This document shows positions 19,108 to 31,886 of a stretch of 64,000 nt of DNA, piece after piece. Source of the DNA: Planctomycetota bacterium (lineage in GTDB: Bacteria; Planctomycetota; UBA1135; UBA2386); contig JACRLW010000025.1 in NCBI GenBank assembly GCA_016235155.1, positions 2,504 through 66,503 of the forward strand, written 5' to 3'. The notes under the pieces were generated by a model. The model was not told the DNA's origin. It worked only from the letters and a program-made list of their open reading frames with translations, and ran no database searches. Position numbers and translations under genes: made by a program. How positions within the stretch are numbered: position 1 is the stretch's first letter; each line of letters opens with the position of its first letter.

Positions 19108-20126
19108 GGGTCGGAGTCGTCCTTCGCGAGCGCGAGCCGATGAGCATCGCCACCTACCGTGCCCGGGTCGTCGCCGGACTCGGCGAACAGGGGGTCGCGG
19201 TCTGCGACGTGCCCGCGGCGCAACGCGGCACGCCGGACGTCGATCTGCTCTGGGATCCCGGGCTCGGCATGCGCCGGGTCGCACCGGTGATCGCGCGGGC
19301 GTCGTTGCCGCTCGCGGTGACGGTGCACGGGCTGCTGGGCTTCGTGCTGAGCGACCAGGAGGCGGGCGATGGCGGATTCGACGTCGCGCGCCGACTCGTG
19401 CAACGCATGCGCATTCGCGCGAGTTGGCGGTCGATCCGCGGGCGAGTCGGCGCGGTGATCACGCCGTCGGCCTACGGCGCGCGCGAGGTGCAGGAGGTGC
19501 TCGGCATCGACGCTTCGCGCGTGCACGCCATCCACCACGGCGTCGACCACGAGACGTTCCGCCCCCTCGGTGCGCGCGACGTGCCCTCGCGGCCGTACTT
19601 CGTCGTCGTCGCGCAGCACCAACCCAAGAAGAACGTCGAGAGGATCCTCGCCGCGCACGCGGCCCTGCCCGCCGAAGGTAGGCCCGCCCTCGTCGCCGTC
19701 GTGCCGGGTCTGCCCGCGACCGTGAACCCGCACGACGGCGTCGAACTGCGTCGCGCGGCGGCGTCACCGTCCGAACTCGCCGCGCTGTTCCGCGGTGCGC
19801 TGGCGCTCGTGCTGCCCTCCCTGCACGAAACCTTCGGCATGCCCCTGCTCGAGGCGATGGCCTGCGGCTGCCCGGTGCTCACGTCGAACACGACGGCCTG
19901 TCCCGAGGTCGTCGGTGACGCCGGCCTCGTCGTGGATCCACGCGACGTCGTGGCGATCCGCGACGCGATGGTGCGGCTCGCGACCGATGCGGGATTGCGT
20001 GCGCGCTTGCACGACCACGCCGTCGCGCGCGCGGCGTCCTTCACGTGGGAGCGCTGTGCGAGCGGGCACGCGGCAGTCCTCGCCGGCGTGGCCGCGGCCC
20101 ATGCCGGAACGGGGGTTGCGCGATGA
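19104..20126 (+). CDS. Glycosyltransferase family 4
   Basis: PKKNVERI, PSLHETFGMPLLEAMACGCPV, FTWERCA. Confidence 0.92.
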   Translation: MRVGVVLREREPMSIATYRARVVAGLGEQGVAVCDVPAAQRGTPDVDLLWDPGLGMRRVAPVIARASLPLAVTVHGLLGFVLSDQEAGDGGFDVARRLVQRMRIRASWRSIRGRVGAVITPSAYGAREVQEVLGIDASRVHAIHHGVDHETFRPLGARDVPSRPYFVVVAQHQPKKNVERILAAHAALPAEGRPALVAVVPGLPATVNPHDGVELRRAAASPSELAALFRGALALVLPSLHETFGMPLLEAMACGCPVLTSNTTACPEVVGDAGLVVDPRDVVAIRDAMVRLATDAGLRARLHDHAVARAASFTWERCASGHAAVLAGVAAAHAGTGVAR

Positions 20127-21028
20127 GTCCGCGGCCGCCGATCGTCGTGCTGGGCGCGCATCGATCCGGAACGAGCGCTGTCGCGCGCGTCCTCGAACAG
20201 CTCGGCGTGTTCGTCGGCGCGCGGCTCGATCCCAACCACGAGGCGCGGTTCTTCCTCCGACTCGACGAATGGCTGCTCGCCCAGAGCGGCGCGCGCTGGG
20301 ATCAGCCGACGGGGATCTCTGCCCTGATCGCCGACGAACGGCAGAGCGCGCTCGCGGCCGAGTACCTGGCGCTGTGCCTGCGGACCCCGCGAGCGATCGG
20401 CTACCTCGGCTTGCGCCGCTGGCTGGCCACGCCGCGCATCGATCGCCTCGCGACGCCCTGGGGCTTCAAGGACCCGCGCGCGACGTTCACGTTGCCGATC
20501 TGGTTGCGACTGTTCCCCGAGCTGCGCGTCGTGCACGTTCACCGGCACGGCGTCGACGTGGCGCAGAGCCTGTGCAAGCGTCACCGTGATCACTTCGCGC
20601 GCAGCGCGGACGCGTTCGCGCGCAACCGCGGACTGCTCGGCATCCTCCGCAAGCGCGCCGGCTTCGGCGACTCACCGCGCCTGTCGACGTTGCTCGGCGG
20701 CTTCACGCTGTGGGAGGAGTACGTGCGCGAGGCGCGGCGACAGGTGGCGGTGGCCGGCACGCGCGCGGTCGAGATCCGCTACGAGGAACTCGCCGCGCAG
20801 CCTGACCTCGTCGTGCGGGACCTCGCGCGCGCCTGCGAACTCACGCCGGACGATGCTTCGATCGCGCGCGCGGCCGCGTCGATCGCGCCCGATCGCGCGA
20901 GCGCGCATCGCAACGATCCGGAGTTGCGCGCGTTCGCTGCCGAAGTCGAGGAGCGCGTGCGCGCGCTGCGCGACGTCCACGCCTCAACGATCGCGTCCGA
21001 GCCACGCATCCGCGCCGGCACGGCGTAG
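20123..21028 (+). CDS. Sulfotransferase family protein
   Basis: PIVVLGAHRSGTSAV, WGFKDPR, IRYEEL. Confidence 0.88.
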   Translation: MSPRPPIVVLGAHRSGTSAVARVLEQLGVFVGARLDPNHEARFFLRLDEWLLAQSGARWDQPTGISALIADERQSALAAEYLALCLRTPRAIGYLGLRRWLATPRIDRLATPWGFKDPRATFTLPIWLRLFPELRVVHVHRHGVDVAQSLCKRHRDHFARSADAFARNRGLLGILRKRAGFGDSPRLSTLLGGFTLWEEYVREARRQVAVAGTRAVEIRYEELAAQPDLVVRDLARACELTPDDASIARAAASIAPDRASAHRNDPELRAFAAEVEERVRALRDVHASTIASEPRIRAGTA

Positions 21029-21988
21029 ACCGGCGCGAAGCGCGGAGCGTTCGGCGAGGGCGCGGCGCCACAGCGGCAGGCAGGTCTTCGGCGCATGAGT
21101 CCGCGCGAGGAACAGCGCTTCGATCGCGCGGACGGCGAGCACCGGCAACCCGAGCAGCACGCGATGGAGCGGCCAGTGGCGCAGTGCGAGCGCGATCGTG
21201 TTGCGCTGCACCCAGGTCCTGCGCCTGGCGCGCGCGACCGACGCCTTCCGTCCGGCAGCCGCCGACACGCCGCGCCGGTGGGGGAGCAAGAGGTCGGGCA
21301 ACAGCAGCGCCTCGTGGCCGCGGGAGCGCAGACGGAACGCGAGGTCGACGTCCTCGAACAGGACGAAGAGCTCGTCGTCGTAGAGCCCGACCTCCGCGAG
21401 CGCAGCGCTGCGCAGGAGGGCTGCGGCACCGCACGCGCCGAAGATCGGACGCGGCGATCCCGCGACCGCGCGCGCCGGCTCGCCGGCGAAACGGTCGTGC
21501 GCACCCGGCAGGGCGCGGGGCGCGAGCCCAGCTGAGTCGATCCGATCCGGGTCGTCCGCGGCAACGAGCAGCGGCTGGAGCGCGGCCACCTGCGGCGGCG
21601 CGGCGGCCGCGGCCAAGCGCAGGCACGCGAGGAAGTCGGCGGGGGGCTCCGTGTCGGCGTTGAGGACGAGACACCACGTTGCGCCGCGCGACAGTGCGAC
21701 TCGGAGCCCGGCGTTCACGCCGCCGGCGAAGCCGAGGTTCTCGCCGTTCTGCACGACGATCGCCTCGGGATGCGCCGCGCGCACCGCAGCTTCGGTGCCG
21801 TCCTCCGAGCCGTTGTCCGCGACGACGAGCAGGTCGGCCTGCGTGAGTTGCGGAGCGATCCGCTGGAGGCAGCCGAGCGTGTCGGCCCGCGAGTTCCAGG
21901 TCAGGACGACGACGGCGATCGCCGGCGACCCCGGCCGCGCTTCGTCGCGCGCCGGCGCGGTCGCTGCTGCAGCGTCGAGCGTCGTCAT
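20984..21988 (-). CDS. Glycosyltransferase family 2
   Basis: VVVLTWNS, VADNGSEDGT, NLGFAGGVN, LNADT, FEDVDLAFR. Confidence 0.92.
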   Translation of the reverse strand: MTTLDAAAATAPARDEARPGSPAIAVVVLTWNSRADTLGCLQRIAPQLTQADLLVVADNGSEDGTEAAVRAAHPEAIVVQNGENLGFAGGVNAGLRVALSRGATWCLVLNADTEPPADFLACLRLAAAAAPPQVAALQPLLVAADDPDRIDSAGLAPRALPGAHDRFAGEPARAVAGSPRPIFGACGAAALLRSAALAEVGLYDDELFVLFEDVDLAFRLRSRGHEALLLPDLLLPHRRGVSAAAGRKASVARARRRTWVQRNTIALALRHWPLHRVLLGLPVLAVRAIEALFLARTHAPKTCLPLWRRALAERSALRAGLRRAGADAWLGRDR

Positions 21989-22047
21989 CCGCCCGTTCCT
22001 ATCGGCAAGACCGTCCTCCGGACCCGACCCGCCCGTGCCGATCGGGA

Positions 22048-24439
<2,392 letters not shown>

Positions 24440-24530
24440 GGCGCACCTGGAACGAACGGCGCGCACGTTATCCTGCGCGGCCCGACGCGGCCCGGATCCT
24501 GACGGACCGCCCCGCGGCCGGCAAGTCACC

Positions 24531-26222
24531 GTGAACGACTCCGCCCCCCTTGCGGACGCCGCCGGCGTCCATCGCCGCCTCGCCGCATTGCTCGCAAGGG
24601 TCGAAGCCAACGACCGGTTGTGCGCCGAGTTGGATCGCGCACGCCGCGAGTTCTTCGGCCAAGACCGATCCGATCCCGCCGACGGGCTGGATCCCACGGC
24701 GCGCGCTGCCGCGGCCCAACGCTTCGTCGAGTGGTTCGTCATCGAGAGGCAAAGCGACGTCCTCGGCGGGACCGTCGTCGACTCGTTCGGCGACCCGGAC
24801 GACAACGACGCCCCGCTGGCCCACAGTCGCGCCGGCCTGTTCCTGGTCGAGACGGGCGGCGCCGACCCGACCGTTCGCGATCTCGACGGCGGCGAAGCGC
24901 TCCAACTCGTCGATGCGAGTCCGACCCTCCGCCCGGGCGATGTGCTCGCCGGCCGCTTGTTCCCGCTCGACGACGGCGCCTACGCGCCCTCGATCGCGAC
25001 CGGGCTCTTCGCCGAATCACCGGGGCTCGCCGTCGCGTTCCAACGCGACGGCCGGCGGCTCGCGTTGGGGCGCCGCCTGTCGCAGGCGGAACTCGAACGC
25101 CTCGTGTTCCAGCAGTGGGCCGCGGCGGCGGGGGCGCGGCAGGGTGCCGCCGACGATGCGCCGCCGCTCGAGAGGATCGAGGCCGACCTGCAGCGCCTTC
25201 TCGAGACCGCCGGGCTCGACGACCTCCACTCGGCGACGTCGCTCGGCGCCGCGATGAAGGCCGCGATCGATCGACCCGGCGCGGTGATCGGCCCCATCCT
25301 CGACGAACTCGCGTTCCAGACCGAAGCCGATCTCGACGCCGCGCGCGTCCTGCTCCTGCAGCTCTGGAACGCGCACCGACGGCGCGCCACCGGCGAACGG
25401 ACGACCAGGTCGGCACCGTTCGAGCCGCCCCAGGCGCCGCCGCAGTTCCAGGAGCAGACCGGTGAGCACCTCGGGCAGCGGCTCGCGCGTCGCATCGAGG
25501 AGGGACTCGGCAACCACGAGGACATCGAATCGCTGTTCGCCGACGTCGAGCGACTGCTCGGCGAACCGCTGGACGACGAGTCCGAGCCCGAGTCTGCCGG
25601 AGAAGGGATCGAAGACGGCGACCTCGCCGCGCTGCTGCGCGAGTTCGCGTGGGAGACTGGTCTGGCCGCCGCGGAGGAACAACAACTCGACGAACTGCTG
25701 CGCGCGCAGCAGCAGGCGCCGGTGCCGCGATTGAACGTCGAATACCTGCAAGCCGACGACTGGCTGCGCTGGCTCTGCCAGATCTGGTTGGGCGCGAAGC
25801 CCGCGCGGCGAGCGGAAGCCGTGCGCGGCGCCTTCGACCTCGCGACGCGCTTCTGCGAGTGGCTCGCCGACACGCAGGCGATCGATTGCCGCGACCGGCT
25901 CGTGGCGCCGCGTCGCGTGCTGCTCGACGCCGCCGACCGCCTGCAACGCGCCGGATCGTCGTTGGGGGACGACGCGCTCCCACCTGGTGGTCCCTTCGGC
26001 GTGCGCCTGCTGCGCGTGCTCGGCCGTCGCGAGGACGCGTTCGAGGTCGAGTCCATCGACGACGGCAACACGACCTGGGTCGCGGCGCCGGCCAACGCAC
26101 TCGCGGCGCTGGAGATCGGCGACCTGCTGTTCGCCGCGGTGGATGCGGCCGGGGACTCGACGGCGCGGCTGAAAGGTCCCGTCGCACTGTTGCCCGCGGG
26201 CACCGAGTCCCTGCTCGGCTGA
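24531..26222 (+). CDS. Hypothetical protein with two OB-like segments and a central helical region
   Basis: Long ORF with typical codon usage; SRAGLFLVE...VRDLDGGE...LRPGDVLAGRL and LEIGDLLF; GTG start inferred. Confidence 0.75.
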   Translation: MNDSAPLADAAGVHRRLAALLARVEANDRLCAELDRARREFFGQDRSDPADGLDPTARAAAAQRFVEWFVIERQSDVLGGTVVDSFGDPDDNDAPLAHSRAGLFLVETGGADPTVRDLDGGEALQLVDASPTLRPGDVLAGRLFPLDDGAYAPSIATGLFAESPGLAVAFQRDGRRLALGRRLSQAELERLVFQQWAAAAGARQGAADDAPPLERIEADLQRLLETAGLDDLHSATSLGAAMKAAIDRPGAVIGPILDELAFQTEADLDAARVLLLQLWNAHRRRATGERTTRSAPFEPPQAPPQFQEQTGEHLGQRLARRIEEGLGNHEDIESLFADVERLLGEPLDDESEPESAGEGIEDGDLAALLREFAWETGLAAAEEQQLDELLRAQQQAPVPRLNVEYLQADDWLRWLCQIWLGAKPARRAEAVRGAFDLATRFCEWLADTQAIDCRDRLVAPRRVLLDAADRLQRAGSSLGDDALPPGGPFGVRLLRVLGRREDAFEVESIDDGNTTWVAAPANALAALEIGDLLFAAVDAAGDSTARLKGPVALLPAGTESLLG

Positions 26223-26339
26223 ACTCGCGCGGTGGGTGAGCGACCGATGCGATCGGCGCTCCCCGCCGTCGCGGCGACGGGGTGAGGCGGACTGCCGATA
26301 GCGTCGTCCGGCGCCAGTCGGTGCCGACGCGTACGCACC

Positions 26340-28232
26340 ATGGGCTGGGAGACTGCACTCGATCGACTCGTCACCCGACAGATCCACCTCGCGGAGCGCG
26401 GCGAACTGCCGCACGAGGATGCGATCGCGATCGTGCGCGAGGTCCACGCGCTCCAGCCGGGGCGTGCGGAGACCGCGTTCCATCTTGGACATGCGCGCGC
26501 GTTGCTCGGCGCGGACCTGAAGGAACCCGACGCGCGCGACCACGCCGCGCGCCGCTGGTACCTCTTCGGGCGGCTGCGAGGTCACGAGCGCCGCGGCGAC
26601 CAGGACCGCGCGGACAGCACGCTCGGGATCCTCCAGAAGTGCGTCCGGCTCGGGTGCTTTGCGCAACTGCCGGACGGCGTCCGCGCCGGCTATCACGCCG
26701 AACTCGGCACACGTCTCCTCGCAGCGAGCGAATTCGACGAGGCACGCCAGCACTTCACCATCGCCGGTCCGATCGCCGGGACGGAACGCTGTCTTCGCAG
26801 CCGCACCGCGGTGGGTGAGGCGCTGGCCTGTCTGCGCGTCCATCGGATCGAGGAGTTGCGTCCGCAGCCCGAGCGAGCCGACCGCGCCGCGGCCATGGCG
26901 TATCTCGACGCCGGCGGCGACGGCGACGAGGGCACGGTTCCCGAGGCGCATTTCCTGCGCGGGCTCTTCGCCTACGAGACCGGGAACTGGCAGGAAGCCG
27001 CGACGCGCTTCGATCTGTGCAAGCGTCGTTTCCGGCGCGTCGGCGGGCGGGACGACCGCGTGCTCGCGCGCACCGACTTCCTGTTGGCGGCGTCGCTGCT
27101 CGCGAGCGGCAACGCGGACGAGAGCGCGCGCGCCCTGCGCCTGATGGACGAGTCGCTGGGAACGGTGCGGCCCGACCTCGAGACCTTCTATGCGGTGCAC
27201 GAGGAACTCAAGGCTCGCGATCGCAGGCTCGCGCTGCGATTCCTCGACGCGGTCGACGTCGGCCGGGGAACCGCGCCGGACCAGTTGCTCTTCGTCGCGC
27301 TCGAGTACCTCGCCCTCGGGGAGGCGCAGCCGGCATCCGCGGCCGCGGAGCGCGTACTCGAAGTCGCGGTCGATCTCGACCAGCGCGTCGAGGCGATGCG
27401 CGTGCTGCTGACGGTGCACAACATGCGCGGTGATCGCGCGGCGGCACGAACGACGTATCAGGACATCCGCGAGCTCCTGATGCAGCGCGGCAAGTTCGCC
27501 GAGATCGAACGCCTGTTGAAGGACGAGGACTTCGTCGGTCAGGCGCTCGACCACGTCGAGACCAAGGTCGAACTCGTGGGCGTCTACGAGGAGATGGAGG
27601 GCAAGGAGATCGACAAGGCGCAGCTCCAGATCGCGATCGCCCGATCGCTGCGGGCACGCAAGGACGAGTCCTCGCTGCGCGACGCCTTCGCCCTGCTGCG
27701 CGAGGTCGACGCCGCCTTCCCCGAACTCGCTCAGGACGAACTGCGCGCCCTCGGCAAGCTGATCGAACTCGCCGACGAGAGCCAGCCGGACCTCGGCGCC
27801 GGGGCTCAGCGCTGCAAGGACCTGTCCGCTTCGCTCGGCCGCCGGGCGCGCGTGCTGGTCGTCGGCGGGAACGAACGACAACGGCGGCACCATCCGAAGC
27901 TCGAGGCGCTCGCCGCCGAGTGGGGCTTCGACGGCGAGTGGTTGATGGCGAACTACTGCTCCCCGCAGAAAGTCGTGTCGGCGATCGCGGACCGGCTCCA
28001 ACACGGCGTCGACGTCGTGGTGCTGTTGCACTGGAATCGCCACGAGACGACCGAACCGGCGCTCGAGCTGGCGCGGCGTGCGAGCGTGCCGGCACGGACC
28101 GTGCACTACGCAGGCTTCACGAGCCTCCAGGTCTGCCTGCTCGAGATGCTCGAGCGGGCGATCGGTCAGGGTGCGGCGGAGCAGGAACTCGCGGGATCGG
28201 CGAAGGGCGGCCGCGGCAAGGGCCGGCGCTGA
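26340..28232 (+). CDS. TPR-like protein with C-terminal DUF2325-like domain
   Basis: TPR-like helices (AHFLRGLFAYETGNWQEAATRF); C-terminal RVLVVGG...DVVVLLHWNRHE...ARRASVP. Confidence 0.75.
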   Translation: MGWETALDRLVTRQIHLAERGELPHEDAIAIVREVHALQPGRAETAFHLGHARALLGADLKEPDARDHAARRWYLFGRLRGHERRGDQDRADSTLGILQKCVRLGCFAQLPDGVRAGYHAELGTRLLAASEFDEARQHFTIAGPIAGTERCLRSRTAVGEALACLRVHRIEELRPQPERADRAAAMAYLDAGGDGDEGTVPEAHFLRGLFAYETGNWQEAATRFDLCKRRFRRVGGRDDRVLARTDFLLAASLLASGNADESARALRLMDESLGTVRPDLETFYAVHEELKARDRRLALRFLDAVDVGRGTAPDQLLFVALEYLALGEAQPASAAAERVLEVAVDLDQRVEAMRVLLTVHNMRGDRAAARTTYQDIRELLMQRGKFAEIERLLKDEDFVGQALDHVETKVELVGVYEEMEGKEIDKAQLQIAIARSLRARKDESSLRDAFALLREVDAAFPELAQDELRALGKLIELADESQPDLGAGAQRCKDLSASLGRRARVLVVGGNERQRRHHPKLEALAAEWGFDGEWLMANYCSPQKVVSAIADRLQHGVDVVVLLHWNRHETTEPALELARRASVPARTVHYAGFTSLQVCLLEMLERAIGQGAAEQELAGSAKGGRGKGRR

Positions 28233-28454
28233 AGCCTGGGTCGGAGTCGGGAATCGAAGCGACGGCTCGACCCTCACCACTTCCGATAATGTGCCTTATG
28301 CCAAGTGGCGGGTGCCTTCCAACCAGCCATCCGAGCGGTTTGCCGACCAGCCCCGGCTTCCCCCAGACAAGCTCGGTACGAGCTTCCCGTGTTGCAGTGT
28401 GGCGCAGTGCCGTACCCGGGCGACCTTTGGCAAAGCCGCGGAGCGGACCGAAGC

Positions 28455-30572
28455 ATGACATCAGGATCGATGAACCTCGCCGTCGCACTCAGCTTCCTGC
28501 TCGCCGCCGCCGCCAACGCGCAGGAGTCCAGCCCGACCAGACAGTCGCCTGACCCCGAGCGGATCCGCGCCGCGGCCGCCGAACTCGACCGTCTCCTCGA
28601 CGAGGAACTGCGCGCTCGCGGCGTCCAGCCGAGCGAACGCATCGACGACGCGGAGTTCTGCCGGCGCGCGTGGCTCGTGATCGCGGGACGCATCCCGACC
28701 ACCGGGGAACTCGCGTCGTTCGTCGCGGACCGTTCGAAGGGCAAGCGCGACGTCCTCGTCGATCGACTCCTCGCAGCGCCGGCGCACGTCAGCCACTCGT
28801 TCAACCGCTGGGCCGACGTCCTGCGCATCCAGTCGCGCGGCATGCGCGGCACGTCGGGCGAGCCCTACGCGCACTGGCTCAAGCAGGCTCTCGCCGACGA
28901 TCGCCCGTACGACGAACTCGTGCGCGAGCTGCTGACGGCGCAAGGACCCGCGCACGCTCGCGGCAACGGCGCGACCGGTTGGTATCTGCGGGACCTGGGA
29001 ATGCCGCTCGACAACCTGTCGAACGCGATGCGGACCTTTCTCGGCACGCGCATGGAGTGCGCGCAGTGCCACGACCATCCCTTCGACACCTGGACCCAGA
29101 AGCAGTTCTACGAACTCGCGGCGTTCACCGGCGGGATGCGCTACGCGGCCGAGGGCACCGGCATGGACCCGCGGCGACTCCAGACGCAGACCCGCGAACT
29201 GCGGCAGAAGTACGGCGAGGATGCCCAGCGTGTCCTGCAGCAGTTGCGCCGCCAGGTCGCAACCGGCATCGCGGGCAGCGGCACCGGCGCCCTCGCCCTT
29301 CCCAAGGACTACAAGTACGACGACGCTCGGCCCGGGCAGGTCGTCCGGGCCAGGGTCCCCTTCGGCGAGCAGCCCCGACTCCGCGAACCGGAGCGCGTCA
29401 ACGAACGGCGGCCCCTGCGCCCCGCTCGCGGCGATCGCGCCGGCGGCGCCGCCGGCCTGGCCGAGATCGACTCGCGCGCGGCATTTGCGTCCTGGGTCAC
29501 CTCCGAAGCGAACCCGCGCTTCACGAAGGTGATCGTCAACCGGCTGTGGAAGGAGGCCTTCGGCCGCGCGTTGCACGAACCCGTCGACGACTTCCGGGAA
29601 GAGCAGGCGCTCGAACACACCGGGTTGTTCGCGTTCCTCGAGCGCACGATGCGGGAGTTCCGCTACGACCTGCGCGCGTTCGAGGCGGTGCTGTTCAAGA
29701 GCGCCCTGTTCGAGCGTCGGGCCGTCGTCGCCGAGGCCGAGTCGGAAGCGTCGTTCGCGTTCGCAGGCCCTGCCCTGCGCCGACTCACGGCCGAGCAACT
29801 CTGGGACTCGGTGCTCACCCTCGGCATCGGCGATCCCGACGCCACGCTCGCGGCGCCGGGCGCCAAGGCCGAGCCGGTCTACCGCGAGTACGACTCGCTC
29901 CTCGCCAAGGCCAGCGACGACCTCGACGCGCTCGTCCAGCGGGAACGCCTGCGAACGACCGATCCCGCGGAGTACCGCAGGCTGCGCGCACAGGACATGG
30001 CCGCGATGACGACCGATGCCCCGATGGGTGTCGGTGAGAACCGGCGCGACGGTGAAGACCTGCGAGCCAAAGGACAGGAACTCGCGCGCCAGTTGAAGGC
30101 GGCGCGCGAAGCCCGCGATCGCGCGAAGATCGAGGCGCTCGGGAAGGAGATCGCCGCGCTTCGCGACCGCACGACCCGCGACGCCCAGGCGCGCAACCGC
30201 GATCTCGTGCGCGCGTCGGAACTGGCGCAGCCGACGCGTCCCGGACACTTCCTTCGCGAGTTCGGACAGAGCGACCGCGAGCAGATCGACGCGTCGAGCA
30301 GCGAGGCCAACGTGCCGCAGGCCTTGCGCCTGATGAACGGCGTGGTCGACGACCAGTTGCTCGCGAAGGGCTCGCTCTTGGTCCGCACGCTCGAGAATGC
30401 CGCCGATTCGAACGACCGGATCCGTGCCGCGTACCGCGCCGTCCTCTCGCGGGAACCGCGCCGCGACGAACTCGCGCTGTGGCGGAAGGACATCGACGTC
30501 GATCCCAGCACCGGCGCGCGCGATCTGGTGTGGACCCTCGTGAATTGCCAGGAGTTCCGCTTCGTCCCATGA
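28455..30572 (+). CDS. DUF1549/DUF1553 (PSD1) planctomycete protein
   Basis: Signal peptide; DDAEFCRR, FLGTRMECAQCHDHPF, NPRFTKVIVNRLW, RRLTAEQLWDS, QALRLMN. Confidence 0.9.
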   Translation: MTSGSMNLAVALSFLLAAAANAQESSPTRQSPDPERIRAAAAELDRLLDEELRARGVQPSERIDDAEFCRRAWLVIAGRIPTTGELASFVADRSKGKRDVLVDRLLAAPAHVSHSFNRWADVLRIQSRGMRGTSGEPYAHWLKQALADDRPYDELVRELLTAQGPAHARGNGATGWYLRDLGMPLDNLSNAMRTFLGTRMECAQCHDHPFDTWTQKQFYELAAFTGGMRYAAEGTGMDPRRLQTQTRELRQKYGEDAQRVLQQLRRQVATGIAGSGTGALALPKDYKYDDARPGQVVRARVPFGEQPRLREPERVNERRPLRPARGDRAGGAAGLAEIDSRAAFASWVTSEANPRFTKVIVNRLWKEAFGRALHEPVDDFREEQALEHTGLFAFLERTMREFRYDLRAFEAVLFKSALFERRAVVAEAESEASFAFAGPALRRLTAEQLWDSVLTLGIGDPDATLAAPGAKAEPVYREYDSLLAKASDDLDALVQRERLRTTDPAEYRRLRAQDMAAMTTDAPMGVGENRRDGEDLRAKGQELARQLKAAREARDRAKIEALGKEIAALRDRTTRDAQARNRDLVRASELAQPTRPGHFLREFGQSDREQIDASSSEANVPQALRLMNGVVDDQLLAKGSLLVRTLENAADSNDRIRAAYRAVLSREPRRDELALWRKDIDVDPSTGARDLVWTLVNCQEFRFVP

Positions 30573-31882
30573 CCCGATCCAAGGACCTCGCCTCCCACCT
30601 CGACGAGCCGACGCGCCGCGCGTTCCTGTCCCGCATCGCCGCGGGCTGCCTCGGCGTGACGACGATGCCCTGGTTGTGCGGCGCGGCGAGCGCCGCGACT
30701 GCCGCGGGCACGCTGCGGCGCGGCAGTGCCAGCCGCGTGATCTACCTGTTCATGAGCGGCGGGATGTCGCACCTCGACTCCTTCGACCCGAAGGCTCCGG
30801 GCAGCGACGTGATGGGACCGACCGAAGTGCTCGCGACGAACGTCGACGGCATCCGCGTCGGACAGCACTTCGCGCACCTCGCCAGGCAGATGGACAAGGT
30901 CGCGGTGCTGAACTCGCTCTGGTCGAACCAGGGCGCGCATGCGCAGGGCCGCTACTACATGCACACCGGCTACACGCTGCGCGGCACGATCCGCCACCCG
31001 AGTCTCGGCGCGTGGACGAGCAAGCTGCTCGGCCCCGCGAACCCGACGCTCCCGGCGCACGTCTCGGTCGGCGACAACGACGTGTACGGACCCTCGGGCG
31101 GCTTCTTCGAGAGCCGCCACTTCCCGCTGCCGGTCGGCGATCCGGAGGACGGACTCCGCAATGCGCGCCTGCCGCGCACGGTGACCGAGGAGCGGTTCCA
31201 CGACCGGCTCGAGAAGCTCGCGGCGATGGACCGCGCGTTTCAGGAGCGCTTCCAGGCCGAGAAAGCGGTGCACGCCTATGCCGAGGCCTACGAGCAGGCC
31301 GTCCAGTTGATGCGCAGTCGCGACTTGGCCGCGTTCGACCTCGACTCGGAGGACGCCGCCCTGCGTGACGCGTACGGCCGCAACGACTTCGGCCAGGGCG
31401 TCCTGCTCGCGCGCCGGCTCGTCGAGCACGGCGTGCGCTTCGTCGAGGTGAACAGCGGCGGCTGGGACACCCACAACGAGAACTTCGAGACGCTGGAAGA
31501 CCGCATCCCGCCGGTCGACCGCGCGCTCGCGGCGCTGCTCGCCGATCTCGACGCGCGCGGCATGCTCGAGGACACGCTCGTCGTGTTGACCACCGAGTTC
31601 GGCCGCACACCCGAGATCACGCGCGATCGCAACGGCCGCAACCACCACGCGAAGGCGTTCTCGAGCCTCCTCGCGGGCGGCGGCATCCGCGGCGGCGTCG
31701 TGCACGGCCGCACCGACGAGCGTGGCGACGAGATCGTCGAGGGCAAGGTCCGCGTCACCGACTTCAACGCGACGATTGCGCACGCGCTCGGCATCCCGAT
31801 CGACTTCGTCCTGCACTCGCCGTCGGGCCGTCCCTTCAAGGTCGCCGACGACGGCCAGCCGGTCCTGTCGCTGTTCGCGTGA
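30569..31882 (+). CDS. DUF1501 family protein (Tat-exported)
   Basis: TRRAFL Tat motif; IYLFMSGGMSHLDSFDPK; GGWDTH; TEFGRTP; GRNHH. Confidence 0.93.
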   Translation: MTRSKDLASHLDEPTRRAFLSRIAAGCLGVTTMPWLCGAASAATAAGTLRRGSASRVIYLFMSGGMSHLDSFDPKAPGSDVMGPTEVLATNVDGIRVGQHFAHLARQMDKVAVLNSLWSNQGAHAQGRYYMHTGYTLRGTIRHPSLGAWTSKLLGPANPTLPAHVSVGDNDVYGPSGGFFESRHFPLPVGDPEDGLRNARLPRTVTEERFHDRLEKLAAMDRAFQERFQAEKAVHAYAEAYEQAVQLMRSRDLAAFDLDSEDAALRDAYGRNDFGQGVLLARRLVEHGVRFVEVNSGGWDTHNENFETLEDRIPPVDRALAALLADLDARGMLEDTLVVLTTEFGRTPEITRDRNGRNHHAKAFSSLLAGGGIRGGVVHGRTDERGDEIVEGKVRVTDFNATIAHALGIPIDFVLHSPSGRPFKVADDGQPVLSLFA

Positions 31883-31886
31883 ACCG

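Noticed and set aside
28369-28385. Hairpin AAGCTCG-GTA-CGAGCTT upstream of the PSD1 gene as a terminator
   Set aside because: No U-tract and a single short stem; function not supportable
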